Source: Deltaproteobacteria bacterium (lineage in GTDB: Bacteria; Myxococcota_A; UBA796; JAFGLY01). From it: 29,815 bases of DNA. The position numbers and the translations under genes are program-made. The stretch is from assembly GCA_016927815.1 (NCBI GenBank), contig JAFGLY010000169.1, positions 1 to 29,815 of the forward strand. The letters run 5' to 3'. Positions 1 to 7,921 of the stretch are shown piece by piece. The stretch's first letter is position 1. Each line of letters starts with the position of its first letter. The notes below the pieces were generated by a model that was given only the letters and a program-made list of their open reading frames with translations, searched no databases and had not been told where the DNA came from.

Positions 1-9
1 AGGCGAGCC

Positions 10-1023
10 TCAGGCGAGGAGCGGGTGCCGCCAGTTGCGTACCTTCATCGTCCAGGAAGGCGGCGTGGGGGTCTGGATTTCGGGCGGTCGCTCGCCCGCC
101 AGCGCCAGGGCGGACACCCGCACGTCCTCGCCGAGGCGCATCGTGTTGTAGCCGCCCTCGAGCACCGCCATGGTGGGCACCCGCTCGACGAAGGCATGGA
201 GCATCCAGGCCATGGCCAGGTTGGAGCAGGCCATGCCGCCGATGAGATCCCCTTCCATCACGTCGAAGCCGACCGAAGCGACACACACGTCCGGCCGGAA
301 CCGGTCCACGGCCGGAAGGATCAGGCGCTCCAGGGCGGTGAGGTAGTAGCCGTCGTCCGCACCGACCGGGAGCGGGACGTTCAGCGTGAAGCCGTAGCCC
401 GGGCCCTCGCCCACCTCGGAGGCCGCACCGGTGCCCGGGTAGAAGGGCCACCGGTGGAGGGAGACGTACAGGACGTCGGGCGACGCCCAGAACGCTTCCT
501 GCGTGCCGTTGCCGTGGTGCACGTCCGGATCGAAGACCACGACCTTCCGCCCCTCGGCCACGAGTGCCGCTGTGGCGATCGCGGCGTTGTTGAAGATGCA
601 GAAGCCCATGGCCTGGTCGCGCGTCGCGTGGTGCCCGGGGGGCCGGCACAGCACCAGGCCGTTGGTCCCGGCCATGGCGGTGGCCGCGGCGTCCACCGAC
701 GCCCCCGCAGCCACCAGCGCGGCGTCCACGGATCCCGGTGAGGCCGAGGTGTCCGCGTCGAACCAGACGTGTCGTCCCCGAGCGGCGAGAACCCGGTCCA
801 CGTAGGACGGCAGGTGAATCCGCTCCAGCTCCTCGCGCGTGGCGGGGCGCCCGGGTCGCGTGGGCCACCCGTGCGGCGCAAGCGCCCGCCGAATGGCCAC
901 GAGCCGCGCCGGGGACTCCGGGTGCCCGTAGCCGGGGTCGTGCGCGTCGAACCGGGGATCGTCGTAGAGGATCAGCGAACCTGGCGCCTCGCGCGCCGGG
1001 AACCGGGTTGGATCGTCCGGCAT
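10..1023 (-). CDS. Histone deacetylase / acetoin-utilisation AcuC family (arginase-deacetylase superfamily) protein
   Basis: Real coding part of the 682-aa minus-strand ORF begins at the ATG at 1021-1023 (MPDDPTRF...). Motifs read: LVLCRPPGHHA, FCIFNNAAIA, DPDVHHGNGTQ, LYVSLHRWPFYPGTG and GGY near the C-terminus, which are the canonical HDAC/AcuC catalytic signatures. The part of the ORF upstream of the ATG (to 2058) is Arg/Pro/Gly-rich GC junk. Confidence 0.8.
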   Translation of the reverse strand: MPDDPTRFPAREAPGSLILYDDPRFDAHDPGYGHPESPARLVAIRRALAPHGWPTRPGRPATREELERIHLPSYVDRVLAARGRHVWFDADTSASPGSVDAALVAAGASVDAAATAMAGTNGLVLCRPPGHHATRDQAMGFCIFNNAAIATAALVAEGRKVVVFDPDVHHGNGTQEAFWASPDVLYVSLHRWPFYPGTGAASEVGEGPGYGFTLNVPLPVGADDGYYLTALERLILPAVDRFRPDVCVASVGFDVMEGDLIGGMACSNLAMAWMLHAFVERVPTMAVLEGGYNTMRLGEDVRVSALALAGERPPEIQTPTPPSWTMKVRNWRHPLLA

Positions 1024-1043
1024 GTCGCCTCCGGCAGAGGCAT

Positions 1044-2798
1044 TCAATGTAGCGTCCCCGAGCAGGAGAGCGTCCCTCCGGGCGGCGGCACGACAGGTCG
1101 GGCGCGCGGATCGGGGGGCAGGGGGACGATCTCCAGCTCGCCCACCAGCACCTCGGGAACTGAGAGCCAGGTGGGCAGGCCCTCCACCGGGGAGAAGGAG
1201 GCGTGACCCGGGCGGAAGGAAGCCAGGAAGGTGCCTTCGACCTGGGGCCCCGCAGCCACGAGGTCCCTCAGGGCAAACCGGTCGAGCCGGGCGAAGCCCC
1301 CGCCGCGCAGCGTCTCCTCCCGGCCGTCGCGGTACAGGCGCACGATCTCCACGGGCAGAGGCGGGCGCTCGCCGTCGTCCGCGGGCAGGAGCCCCGGATC
1401 CCCGACCCGCCGGACGGTGTCGTCCTGCAGGCGGCGGACCACCAGCACGCTGTCGAGCCCGTAGGAGCGTGCGAGCGCCAGGGCCGTGCGGCGCAGGCGG
1501 GCATGGGTGTGGCGCCGGGCGGGCACCACCTCGAGAAGCGAGGCGCGGCCGGCCGGCCGGGCTCCGGGCGCCCCGCGTGCGTGGCCGTTGGAGGCCTGGA
1601 TCTCCTTGCGCGGCACGCGGCTCATGAGCAGGGTGCGGACGATGCCGTCGGACACGAGGTCCACGCGGCGGGCGGGCGTCCCCTCGAGATCGTAGCGGAA
1701 GGAGGCCGGGTGCGCCGGATCCCGCACAGGATCGTCGAACGCGGACCAGCCCCCGGGCAGGACCCGGCGGCCCACCCGGGGCTCCCGGCCCCGGTCGGCC
1801 GCGAGCGACAGGAATCCCTCGCCCAGCGGTCCCAACTCGCTCTCGAAGGGCACGGGCGGAGGGGTCCCCTCCAGCTGGGGCAGGAGGAGGAGGCGGAACA
1901 GGTCCACCGCGGCTCCGTCCTGGAAGATCACCGGGCCCACGTACTCCTGCTCGAGGAGCGGGGCGGCGGCGGCTCGAGCGAGGTTCTCGGTCAGATCCCG
2001 GACGGCTTCCGAGAGGCGATCGGTCTCCGGGAGGTCGGCCAGTGTCCGGGCGATCCACGTGCGGTGGTCCGTGAGCGCCATGCCGTCGGGCGCCTGGGCG
2101 CGGGCCATGACCCGGACCACGGCCTCGGCGTGCGGCCGGGCGATCCGGGTTCCCTCGGAGTCGACCAGGAGCATCGTGCCGGCCTCACAGGCGACCACCG
2201 CGGTCCCACCCACCAGCGATCCGTCCGCGGGCAGCCGCGCCGAGAGGAAACGCGCCAGGTCCCGGACGTGGGTCCTGTCGAGGGCGGGCGGGGGGCTGCC
2301 GGCGGGCACCCGGTGCGGGGCCTCGAGCCGGTAGTCGCCCGGATGGTCCGGGGGCGGCTGGAAGGAGGCCCGCTTGCGGGCGTACTGCTCGACCGCCTCC
2401 TTGTAGGCCCAGTCGGTGAGGGCCCAGATCCCGAGCCGGAGCGCGTGGGGCGTGAGCCGGGCCGGAAGCGGGCGAGCGCCGAAGCCCGTCTCCCAGCCCC
2501 CGAAGTTCGTGTTGTCGAAGGTGGGATCCCCCACCCGCACCTCGATGCCCACCAGGTTCCGGGGTCCGGCCTCCTCCTCCACGAGGGCGCCGAACGAGGC
2601 CGTGGCCAGAACCTGGTCGAGGAGCATCCCGTGGTAGCGCAGGTGGTAGAAGGGCGGGGCGCCGGGCAGCTCGAGGGCCGCCCGCTGGCGGGCCACCTCG
2701 TTTGCGAGCACGTCGGCGAAGGCCTCCGGCGCCAGGGGCACGGGGTCGGCGACCGCCTGCGGGCCAAACGCCAGGGTTGCGTAGAGAAGCGCCCTCAC
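1044..2798 (-). CDS. tldE: TldE/PmbA-family peptidase-like protein (no HExxxH motif), predicted exported
   Basis: Proposed GTG start at 2796-2798 overlaps the TGA of the upstream tldD-like gene (GTGA). N-terminus VRALLYATLAFGPQAVA-DP reads as a signal peptide. C-terminal half has the TldD/PmbA (peptidase U62) architecture (…SFRYDLEGTPARRVDLVSDGIVR…NGHARG…) but no HExxxH, which fits the TldE partner. The far-upstream part of the 1107-aa ORF is spurious because it overlaps tldD in another frame. Confidence 0.65.
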   Translation of the reverse strand: MRALLYATLAFGPQAVADPVPLAPEAFADVLANEVARQRAALELPGAPPFYHLRYHGMLLDQVLATASFGALVEEEAGPRNLVGIEVRVGDPTFDNTNFGGWETGFGARPLPARLTPHALRLGIWALTDWAYKEAVEQYARKRASFQPPPDHPGDYRLEAPHRVPAGSPPPALDRTHVRDLARFLSARLPADGSLVGGTAVVACEAGTMLLVDSEGTRIARPHAEAVVRVMARAQAPDGMALTDHRTWIARTLADLPETDRLSEAVRDLTENLARAAAAPLLEQEYVGPVIFQDGAAVDLFRLLLLPQLEGTPPPVPFESELGPLGEGFLSLAADRGREPRVGRRVLPGGWSAFDDPVRDPAHPASFRYDLEGTPARRVDLVSDGIVRTLLMSRVPRKEIQASNGHARGAPGARPAGRASLLEVVPARRHTHARLRRTALALARSYGLDSVLVVRRLQDDTVRRVGDPGLLPADDGERPPLPVEIVRLYRDGREETLRGGGFARLDRFALRDLVAAGPQVEGTFLASFRPGHASFSPVEGLPTWLSVPEVLVGELEIVPLPPDPRARPVVPPPGGTLSCSGTLH

Positions 2799-4456
2799 GG
2801 GTCGCCTCCGCCGGCCTGGGGCCGGGGCAGGAGCGGTGGACGATCCTCGCCCTTCTCCTTGCGCTGGAACTCGAGGGTCCGGAACAGCAGGCTCGGAGCG
2901 ACCGCGCTCACGGGCACCCAGCCGCTCTCGGCTCCGCACAGGCCGTTGAACACGCCCGGATCGTCGCCCGCAGCCAGGATGGAGGAGAAGGCCAGGAGCG
3001 GCGTGCCCACGAGGTCGATGCCGCGCACCCGCTCGTCCGGGCGTCCATCCACGTACACCCGGCGCGATCGGGTGGCGCGGACGTTGAAGGCGTTGGGCGT
3101 GACCCGACCGGTGGTCGTGAAACCGCCCTCGATCTCCTCCACCACGATGCCGTAGGGAAGTCCCTGGCGTCGGGCCTCCTGCTTGAGCCGATCGATCAGA
3201 CGGGCGGCCGACACGGCCCCGCGCGCCTCCACCACGGTGTTGCCCATGCGGGCCACCGGCGCGTGGCCCGCCATGCGTCGGCCATGGCCGTTGGACGTGG
3301 GAAACCCGGGGATGGGGGAGCGGTTCGTGAGGAAACCCCGGAAGATCCCCTTCTCCACGAGCACGGCCCGGGTGGCGGGCACGCCCTCGTCGTCCCACGG
3401 GTAGGCGCCGTTCAGGTCCTCGCCGGCGTACCGGGTGGTCGACGGGTCGTCCCACACGTCCAGGAACGCGGGCAGGATGGGACGCCCCACCTTCTCGGCG
3501 AAGGTCTTGCCCTCGTCGTCGCGCTTCTGGCGGTGGCCCTCGACCCGGTGGCCCAGCACCTCGTGGAAGAAGACCGCAGCCGCCCGGGCGTCGAGGATCA
3601 CCGGCCCGCGGTAGGGCTCGCCGCGCGGCGCGTCCAGGAGGGCGCCCAGCTCGTCCACGAGTCGGCCCGCGAGATCGATCAGGCGCGCCTCGGACGGGAG
3701 CCCCTCCAGGCTGCGGAACGAGAGCGTGCGCTCGGCCGAGAGGTCGTCGCCGTCGGGGGCCACCGTGCCGGCCAGGAGGCTCAGCCGGACCCAGGTGCCG
3801 CCGTGCACCAGGCGGCTGCCCTCGGTGTCCACGAAGGTCTTCTGCACCTGCTCCACCTGGAGGCTCGCCCGGGCCACGTGGACCCGCGGGTCGGCGTCCA
3901 TGCGGGCGGAGACACGCGCCAGGCGGCCCTCCCAGGGGACGGATTCGAGGGCAACCCACCGGATGGGCTGGCGGTCCTCCACCTTTGCACGTGGCTCGAA
4001 ATCCGGGGCCTGGGTCTCCTCCTCGACCTTGACCGACAGGTTGGCGCGGACGATGCCGATCCGGTTCCTGGCCTCGCGGTAGCGGGCGTCCAGCTCCGCC
4101 CACACGGCCTGGCGGAGGGCATGGGTCGGCTCGTCCTCGAAGGGGATCCTCAGGCGGTCGCGGGTGGAGTCGGTCCAGGCGCTCATGCCTCGGAGGGGAT
4201 GGGTGGAGTCGAGGTCGGGCGTGCCGACCCTCAGGTCCACGTCGAGGGTCCGGCTGCGCCCCACCTCGCTCGACGCCAGCGTGCCGGCCAGGGCGACCAC
4301 GTCGAGCGTGCGGTGATCCTCGACCTGGAGCGCGGCGTAGTGGACGGGCTGTGGACCGGCCGCCCACGCGGACCGGGCCCGGTCCAACTCGGAGACGAGC
4401 ACGTCCTCGACCGACGCGGCGAGCCCTGTCGACAGCAGGAGGAACGCGAGGAGCAC
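2795..4456 (-). CDS. tldD: TldD-family zinc metallopeptidase, predicted exported
   Basis: HEVLGHRVEGH (HExxxGH) metal-binding motif plus TldD/PmbA C-terminal domain (GFPTSNGHGRR, GNTVVE). Proposed GTG start at 4454-4456 is preceded by GGAGG 4-5 nt upstream (cctcc at 4461-4465 on + strand). N-terminus (M)LLAFLLLSTGLAAS looks like a signal peptide. Exact start uncertain; upstream in-frame ATGs would overlap the radical SAM gene. Confidence 0.75.
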   Translation of the reverse strand: MLLAFLLLSTGLAASVEDVLVSELDRARSAWAAGPQPVHYAALQVEDHRTLDVVALAGTLASSEVGRSRTLDVDLRVGTPDLDSTHPLRGMSAWTDSTRDRLRIPFEDEPTHALRQAVWAELDARYREARNRIGIVRANLSVKVEEETQAPDFEPRAKVEDRQPIRWVALESVPWEGRLARVSARMDADPRVHVARASLQVEQVQKTFVDTEGSRLVHGGTWVRLSLLAGTVAPDGDDLSAERTLSFRSLEGLPSEARLIDLAGRLVDELGALLDAPRGEPYRGPVILDARAAAVFFHEVLGHRVEGHRQKRDDEGKTFAEKVGRPILPAFLDVWDDPSTTRYAGEDLNGAYPWDDEGVPATRAVLVEKGIFRGFLTNRSPIPGFPTSNGHGRRMAGHAPVARMGNTVVEARGAVSAARLIDRLKQEARRQGLPYGIVVEEIEGGFTTTGRVTPNAFNVRATRSRRVYVDGRPDERVRGIDLVGTPLLAFSSILAAGDDPGVFNGLCGAESGWVPVSAVAPSLLFRTLEFQRKEKGEDRPPLLPRPQAGGGDP

Positions 4457-4479
4457 CTGGCCTCCGACCGGCGGGGAAC

Positions 4480-4593
4480 GGTGCCGGCGTGGGTCGGGCG
4501 ATCCTATCGCGGGCGGCCGCCGCCGCCCGGGAGGAACCGGTGCTGGCGTGGGTCGGGCTATCCTATCGGGGGCGGCCGCTGCCGCCCGGGAGG
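4480..4593. repeat. Imperfect tandem direct repeat, 2 copies of about 55 nt with 59-nt period (4480-4534 and 4539-4593), in the tldD/radical-SAM divergent intergenic region
   Basis: Copy 1 ggtgccggcgtgggtcgggcgatcctatcgcgggcggccgccgccgcccgggagg versus copy 2 ggtgctggcgtgggtcgggctatcctatcgggggcggccgctgccgcccgggagg (4 mismatches). Period 59 is not a multiple of 3. Each copy ends in a GGGAGG SD-like element; the copy-2 element sits 5 nt before the radical SAM ATG. A partial third end-of-unit (ggcggggaacg) precedes copy 1. Confidence 0.75.
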
Positions 4594-4598
4594 TGCTC

Positions 4599-5639
4599 AT
4601 GCCGATCCACGCCCCAGCCCGCTGGTGGCACCGCATCGAGGAGGGTCCGGAGGCCGGGCGCATCGCGTGCGACCTCTGTCCGCGTGCGTGCGTGCTCGGC
4701 CCGGGTCAGCGCGGCTGGTGCCGCGTCCGCGAGGCGCTCCCGGACGGGTCGGCCCTGGTGACCTGCTCCGGCCTCACCTCCGGGTTCTCCGTGGACCCCA
4801 TCGAGAAGAAGCCGCTCCACCACTTCCTGCCGGGAAGCACGGTGCTCTCCTTCGGGACCACGGGGTGCAACCTGGGCTGTCGCTTCTGCCAGAACCACCA
4901 CATGTCGCGGGCTCGGGAGCTGCCCACGGTGCCGGGTCCACCTGAGGCCGTGGCCGAGGCTGCCGTCCGCGCGGGGTGCGCCAGCGTGGCCTTCACCTAC
5001 AACGAGCCCACGATCTTCGCCGAGTACGCCATGGACGTAGCCGATGCCTGCCACGCCCGGGGCGTGCGCACGGTGGCCGTCACCAACGGCTACATCGCTC
5101 GCGATGCGCGGCGCGACTTCACCTCGGTGCTCGACGCGGTCAACATCGATCTCAAGGCCTTCTCGGACGCCTTCTACCGCCGCTGGTGCGGCGGCACGCT
5201 GGCACCGGTGATGGAGACCATCGAGTACGCGGTCCGGGAGTCGAGATGCTGGGTGGAGCTGACCACCCTCCTCATCCCCGGCCTGAACGACACGGACAGC
5301 GAGATCGAGGCGCTGTGCGCCTGGGTGGCGGGTTCACTCGGCCCGGACGTACCCCTGCACTTCTCGGCCTTCCACCCGTCGTACCGCATGCTGGACCGGC
5401 CGCGCACCCCTCCGTCCACCCTCCACCGGGCTGCCCACATCGCCCGTCGGCATGGGATCCGATACGTCTACACCGGCAACATCGCCGATCCCGAAGGCCA
5501 GGCCACGCGGTGTCCCGGCACCCAGGGACGGCCGTGTGGTGCCCTGCTCGTGGAGCGCCACGGGTTCGGGGCCCGGGTCGTGGGCCTCGACGGCGACCGC
5601 TGCCGCGTTTGCGGCGCACGGATCGCCGGGGTGTTCTGA
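4599..5639 (+). CDS. AmmeMemoRadiSam-system-type radical SAM enzyme (PFL-activase-like)
   Basis: ATG at 4599 with GGGAGG 5 nt upstream. CxxxCxxC radical SAM cluster in the context FGTTGCNLGCRFCQNHHMS, preceded by an N-terminal Cys pair (ACDLCPRAC…GWCRVRE) and DPIEKKPLHHFLPGS. This block is characteristic of the AMMECR1/Memo-associated radical SAM family (TIGR04337-like). The alternative upstream GTG at 4548 would add a repeat-encoded extension and is disfavoured. Confidence 0.8.
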   Translation: MPIHAPARWWHRIEEGPEAGRIACDLCPRACVLGPGQRGWCRVREALPDGSALVTCSGLTSGFSVDPIEKKPLHHFLPGSTVLSFGTTGCNLGCRFCQNHHMSRARELPTVPGPPEAVAEAAVRAGCASVAFTYNEPTIFAEYAMDVADACHARGVRTVAVTNGYIARDARRDFTSVLDAVNIDLKAFSDAFYRRWCGGTLAPVMETIEYAVRESRCWVELTTLLIPGLNDTDSEIEALCAWVAGSLGPDVPLHFSAFHPSYRMLDRPRTPPSTLHRAAHIARRHGIRYVYTGNIADPEGQATRCPGTQGRPCGALLVERHGFGARVVGLDGDRCRVCGARIAGVF

Positions 5640-5673
5640 GGATCCCGACGGGTGGCCTCCGGGGTCCGGCCCG

Positions 5674-7026
5674 TCAGGGCACGACGGGTGGAGGGCCGGC
5701 CGGGGGCGGAGGCGGGCCGCCGCCCAGGAGCGCGGCAATCTCCGGGACCTCGGCGGCGGCGATCCATCCGGCCATGCCGGCGCGCCAGACGAGGTGGCGG
5801 CCGTCCGGATCGGACGTGACCCGCCGGGCGACCTCCTCGGGGGGAATCTCCTCGCTGCCGCCCGCGCTTCCGCTGTAGTGGAAGCGGGTTGCGGCGGGTG
5901 GAGGCGGCGGGGCCGGCGGCAGGGCAGCCACCACCTCGGGCACCTCCCGCCAGGCCTTCCAGCCCGGCCAGCCGGGGGCCCAGACGTGGTGGGTACCCTC
6001 ACGGTCCTGAGCCACGAAGGCGGCGATCTCCGGGAGCGTGTACTCCCCCTGGCCCGCGGGACCGTGGTAGTGCAGGCGCAAAGCGCCAGCCGGCGGCGGC
6101 GGCGGTGTCGCGGCCGCGAGACCGGTGTGGGGGTCGAAGGTGCCCGGGGCCTGGGCTGCCTGGCCCATGCCGGCACCGATCTGCTGGCCCATGGCGAAGC
6201 CCACGCCCATGCCGACGCCAGCGCCGCCGATGCCCGGGTTGCGGGCCGCGTCGCCGATGGCGTCGGCCTGCTGGAGCTTCGTGTAGGCGTCGAGGTTGCC
6301 GAGCATGGCCATGCCCTGGCGCTTCTCGTAGTACTTCTGGACCTCGGGAGGCAGCGTGACGCCGTCCACCGTGAAGTCCGTGACGGTGATCCCGTAGTCC
6401 TCCTCGAACTTCGGGGAGAGCTTCTCCTTGAGCGCCTCGGCCAGCTCCAGGCCCGCGCCGACCAGCATGTCGAACGGGATCTTGGCCTCCTTGAGCAGGG
6501 CGGCGAACACCGCGAGGACCTTGCGCTTGAGCTGGCCGTTGATCTCGTCGGTGGTGAACAGACCGTCGGTGCCGACCACCTCGCGCAGGAACTTGGGCGG
6601 ATCGGAAATCCGGTAGCAGAACGTTCCGAATGCACGGATCTGGATGGAGCCGAAGTCCGGGTCCCGGACCGGCAGGGGCTGGGGGGTGCCCCACTTCTGG
6701 TCCGTGAACTTCCGGGTGTTCACGAAGTAGACGTCGCCCTTGTAGGGGTAATTGAGCTGGTACTTGATGGTCTCGAAGAAGGAGAGCAGCGGCTTGTTCT
6801 GCGTGGAGAGCGTGTAGGTGCCGGGGGCGAAGCACTCGGAGAAGCGTCCCTCGGACACGAACACCGCAGACTGCCCCTCGCGGACCACGAGCTTGCCGCC
6901 GTCCTGGATGGCCTGGTTGAAGATCGGGAAGCGGTAGACCAGGGTGTCGCGCGAGTCGTCCATCCACTCGATGATGTCGAGGAACTGGGCGGTGGCGTGG
7001 GTCTTGATGGTGTTCCAGAGGCTCAT
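5674..7026 (-). CDS. SPFH/Band-7 (COG4260, 'virion core protein'-like) domain protein with two C-terminal DUF4339/GYF-like domains
   Basis: ATG at 7024-7026 (MSLWNTIKTHATAQFLDIIEWMDDSRDTLVYRFP…) preceded by GGGAGA. The N-terminal 330 aa match the COG4260 SPFH family (IQDGGKLVVREGQSAVFV…TQNKPLLSFFETIKY…KWGTPQPLPVRDPDFG). A Gly/Met/Ala-rich linker and polyproline tracts follow. Two roughly 50-aa repeats with the DUF4339 pattern end the protein (HYHGPAGQGEYTLPEIAAF…HHVWAPGWPGWKAW and HYSGSAGGSEEIPPEEVARR…LVWRAGMAGWIAA). Confidence 0.8.
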   Translation of the reverse strand: MSLWNTIKTHATAQFLDIIEWMDDSRDTLVYRFPIFNQAIQDGGKLVVREGQSAVFVSEGRFSECFAPGTYTLSTQNKPLLSFFETIKYQLNYPYKGDVYFVNTRKFTDQKWGTPQPLPVRDPDFGSIQIRAFGTFCYRISDPPKFLREVVGTDGLFTTDEINGQLKRKVLAVFAALLKEAKIPFDMLVGAGLELAEALKEKLSPKFEEDYGITVTDFTVDGVTLPPEVQKYYEKRQGMAMLGNLDAYTKLQQADAIGDAARNPGIGGAGVGMGVGFAMGQQIGAGMGQAAQAPGTFDPHTGLAAATPPPPPAGALRLHYHGPAGQGEYTLPEIAAFVAQDREGTHHVWAPGWPGWKAWREVPEVVAALPPAPPPPPAATRFHYSGSAGGSEEIPPEEVARRVTSDPDGRHLVWRAGMAGWIAAAEVPEIAALLGGGPPPPPAGPPPVVP

Positions 7027-7132
7027 CGTGGGTCTCCCGAAACGGATTCCGGTGGCGGGACGGGGAGCAACGTAGCCACACGCGCTCGGGCCGCAACGAC
7101 TCTCTACGCCGGTGGGGGCGGTCTTCATGCAG

Positions 7133-7155
7133 GCGCGGGGCTGGAGCCTCCGCGC
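7133..7155 (-). terminator. GC-rich hairpin immediately 3' of the rocD-hypothetical operon (candidate intrinsic terminator, no U-tract)
   Basis: gcgcgg-g-ggct-gg-agcc-t-ccgcgc: 6-bp outer stem plus 4-bp inner stem, ending 5 nt from the stop codon at 7160-7162. No T-tract follows, so it may be only a stabilising stem-loop. Confidence 0.2.
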
Positions 7156-7159
7156 AGGA

Positions 7160-7921
7160 TCACTCGAACCGGAGCGAGGCGCCGCTGGCGAGCACGGCCA
7201 CGGGCACACCGCGGGCCGTGAGGCGATCGGCGATCGGAGTGAGCAGCACCGTGGGCATGCCGAGCGACCGCCGGACGTCGCCGAAGAGGTCCGCCAGCAC
7301 CAACAGCCGGCCTTCGAACCAGGGAGCCGATTCCTCCACGGTGGCCTCGTGCCCGTAGTCGCAGCCCACGATCACCAGGTCCGCTCCGGACCAGCGCCGG
7401 GCGTACTCCTCCAGGAAGCTGCCCTCCTGGCTGGCGTGGAGCGCACCGTTCAGGTGGACGAGCGTGGTGCCGTCCGGTAGCGACAGGCGCGTGATCGCCG
7501 GCTTCGAGGGGGGAAGCCGGGCGCGGTCGAGGAGGCGGCGGGCGGCTCGGAAGGGGTCCTTGAGGGCGCTGCGGGCCTTTTGCATCCCCTCGTGCCGCGT
7601 GACGTAGGACACCGGCTCGTAGGGCGCCATCTCGATCCGGATTCCCCGCACCTCGCACGGAGCGCCGATCCCCTGGATCTCCCCTTCGCGGGCGAGCCCC
7701 TGGAGAAGGGTGGGCAGGCCCACCACGCGTGGGGAGGCGCCCGAGAGGATCGCGGTGCGCACGCCCTTGATCCGTTCGGCCTCGTTCCAGGTCAGGATCA
7801 CCACGTCCGGCACCACGGGCGGCTGGAGGGGGTCGAACCGGACGCGCAGCCCGGAGGCGAGGTCCAGCCGGATCGAGGAGGCTCCCTCGTGGGTCAGGCG
7901 CTGGCGCCAGTGGACGTTCAT
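7160..7921 (-). CDS. Hypothetical protein, possibly MBL-fold-like with degenerate metal motif
   Basis: ATG at 7919-7921 overlaps the rocD stop (ATGA), so it is translationally coupled to rocD. 253 aa ([21 protein letters not shown]…). Alternating beta-strand-like hydrophobic blocks ([43 protein letters not shown]) resemble a Lactamase_B_3-type fold, but the canonical HxHxDH motif is absent. Function not supportable from sequence alone. Confidence 0.5.
   Translation of the reverse strand: MNVHWRQRLTHEGASSIRLDLASGLRVRFDPLQPPVVPDVVILTWNEAERIKGVRTAILSGASPRVVGLPTLLQGLAREGEIQGIGAPCEVRGIRIEMAPYEPVSYVTRHEGMQKARSALKDPFRAARRLLDRARLPPSKPAITRLSLPDGTTLVHLNGALHASQEGSFLEEYARRWSGADLVIVGCDYGHEATVEESAPWFEGRLLVLADLFGDVRRSLGMPTVLLTPIADRLTARGVPVAVLASGASLRFE

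Noticed and set aside
1024-2058. Upstream 345-codon extension of the HDAC ORF (10..2058)
   Set aside because: The extension reads as RPPG/RSS junk and overlaps the tldE-like gene. A clean ATG at 1021-1023 marks where HDAC-family homology begins.
4480-4593. Possibility that the 59-nt repeats are a mini CRISPR array or mobile-element terminal repeats
   Set aside because: There are only two directly abutting copies with no spacer and no cas, transposase or integrase genes in the window. The repeat sits exactly in a 5' leader and includes the SD, so it is better explained as a leader duplication.
4548-4598. Alternative GTG start (4548) for the radical SAM gene inside repeat copy 2
   Set aside because: It would add MGRAILSGAAAAAREVL encoded by the non-coding repeat, whose 59-nt period is not a multiple of 3. 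The ATG at 4599 has a well-spaced GGGAGG SD, and family homology starts there.
1203-4945. Very long plus-strand ORFs (650 aa at 1203-3155; 747 aa at 2702-4945) opposite the tldD/tldE genes
   Set aside because: They are antisense to well-supported metallopeptidase genes. The translations are Arg/Gly/Pro/Ala-rich low-complexity strings with no recognisable motifs. Such ORFs are expected in about 70% GC DNA because stop codons are rare.
5640-5673. Possible bidirectional terminator in the 34-bp gap between the convergent radical SAM and SPFH genes
   Set aside because: A short palindrome (gacggg…cccgtc flanking ggcc…ggcc) is visible at 5646-5672, but the stem is imperfect with a large loop and no flanking T-tracts. 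Not reported as a feature.
5334-7221. ORFs 5452..7221 (+, 589 aa), 5334..6635 (-, 433 aa) and 5999..7096 (-, 365 aa) overlapping the SPFH gene
   Set aside because: They are alternative-frame or antisense reads of the SPFH coding region, with low-complexity composition. The SPFH frame carries the conserved family motifs.
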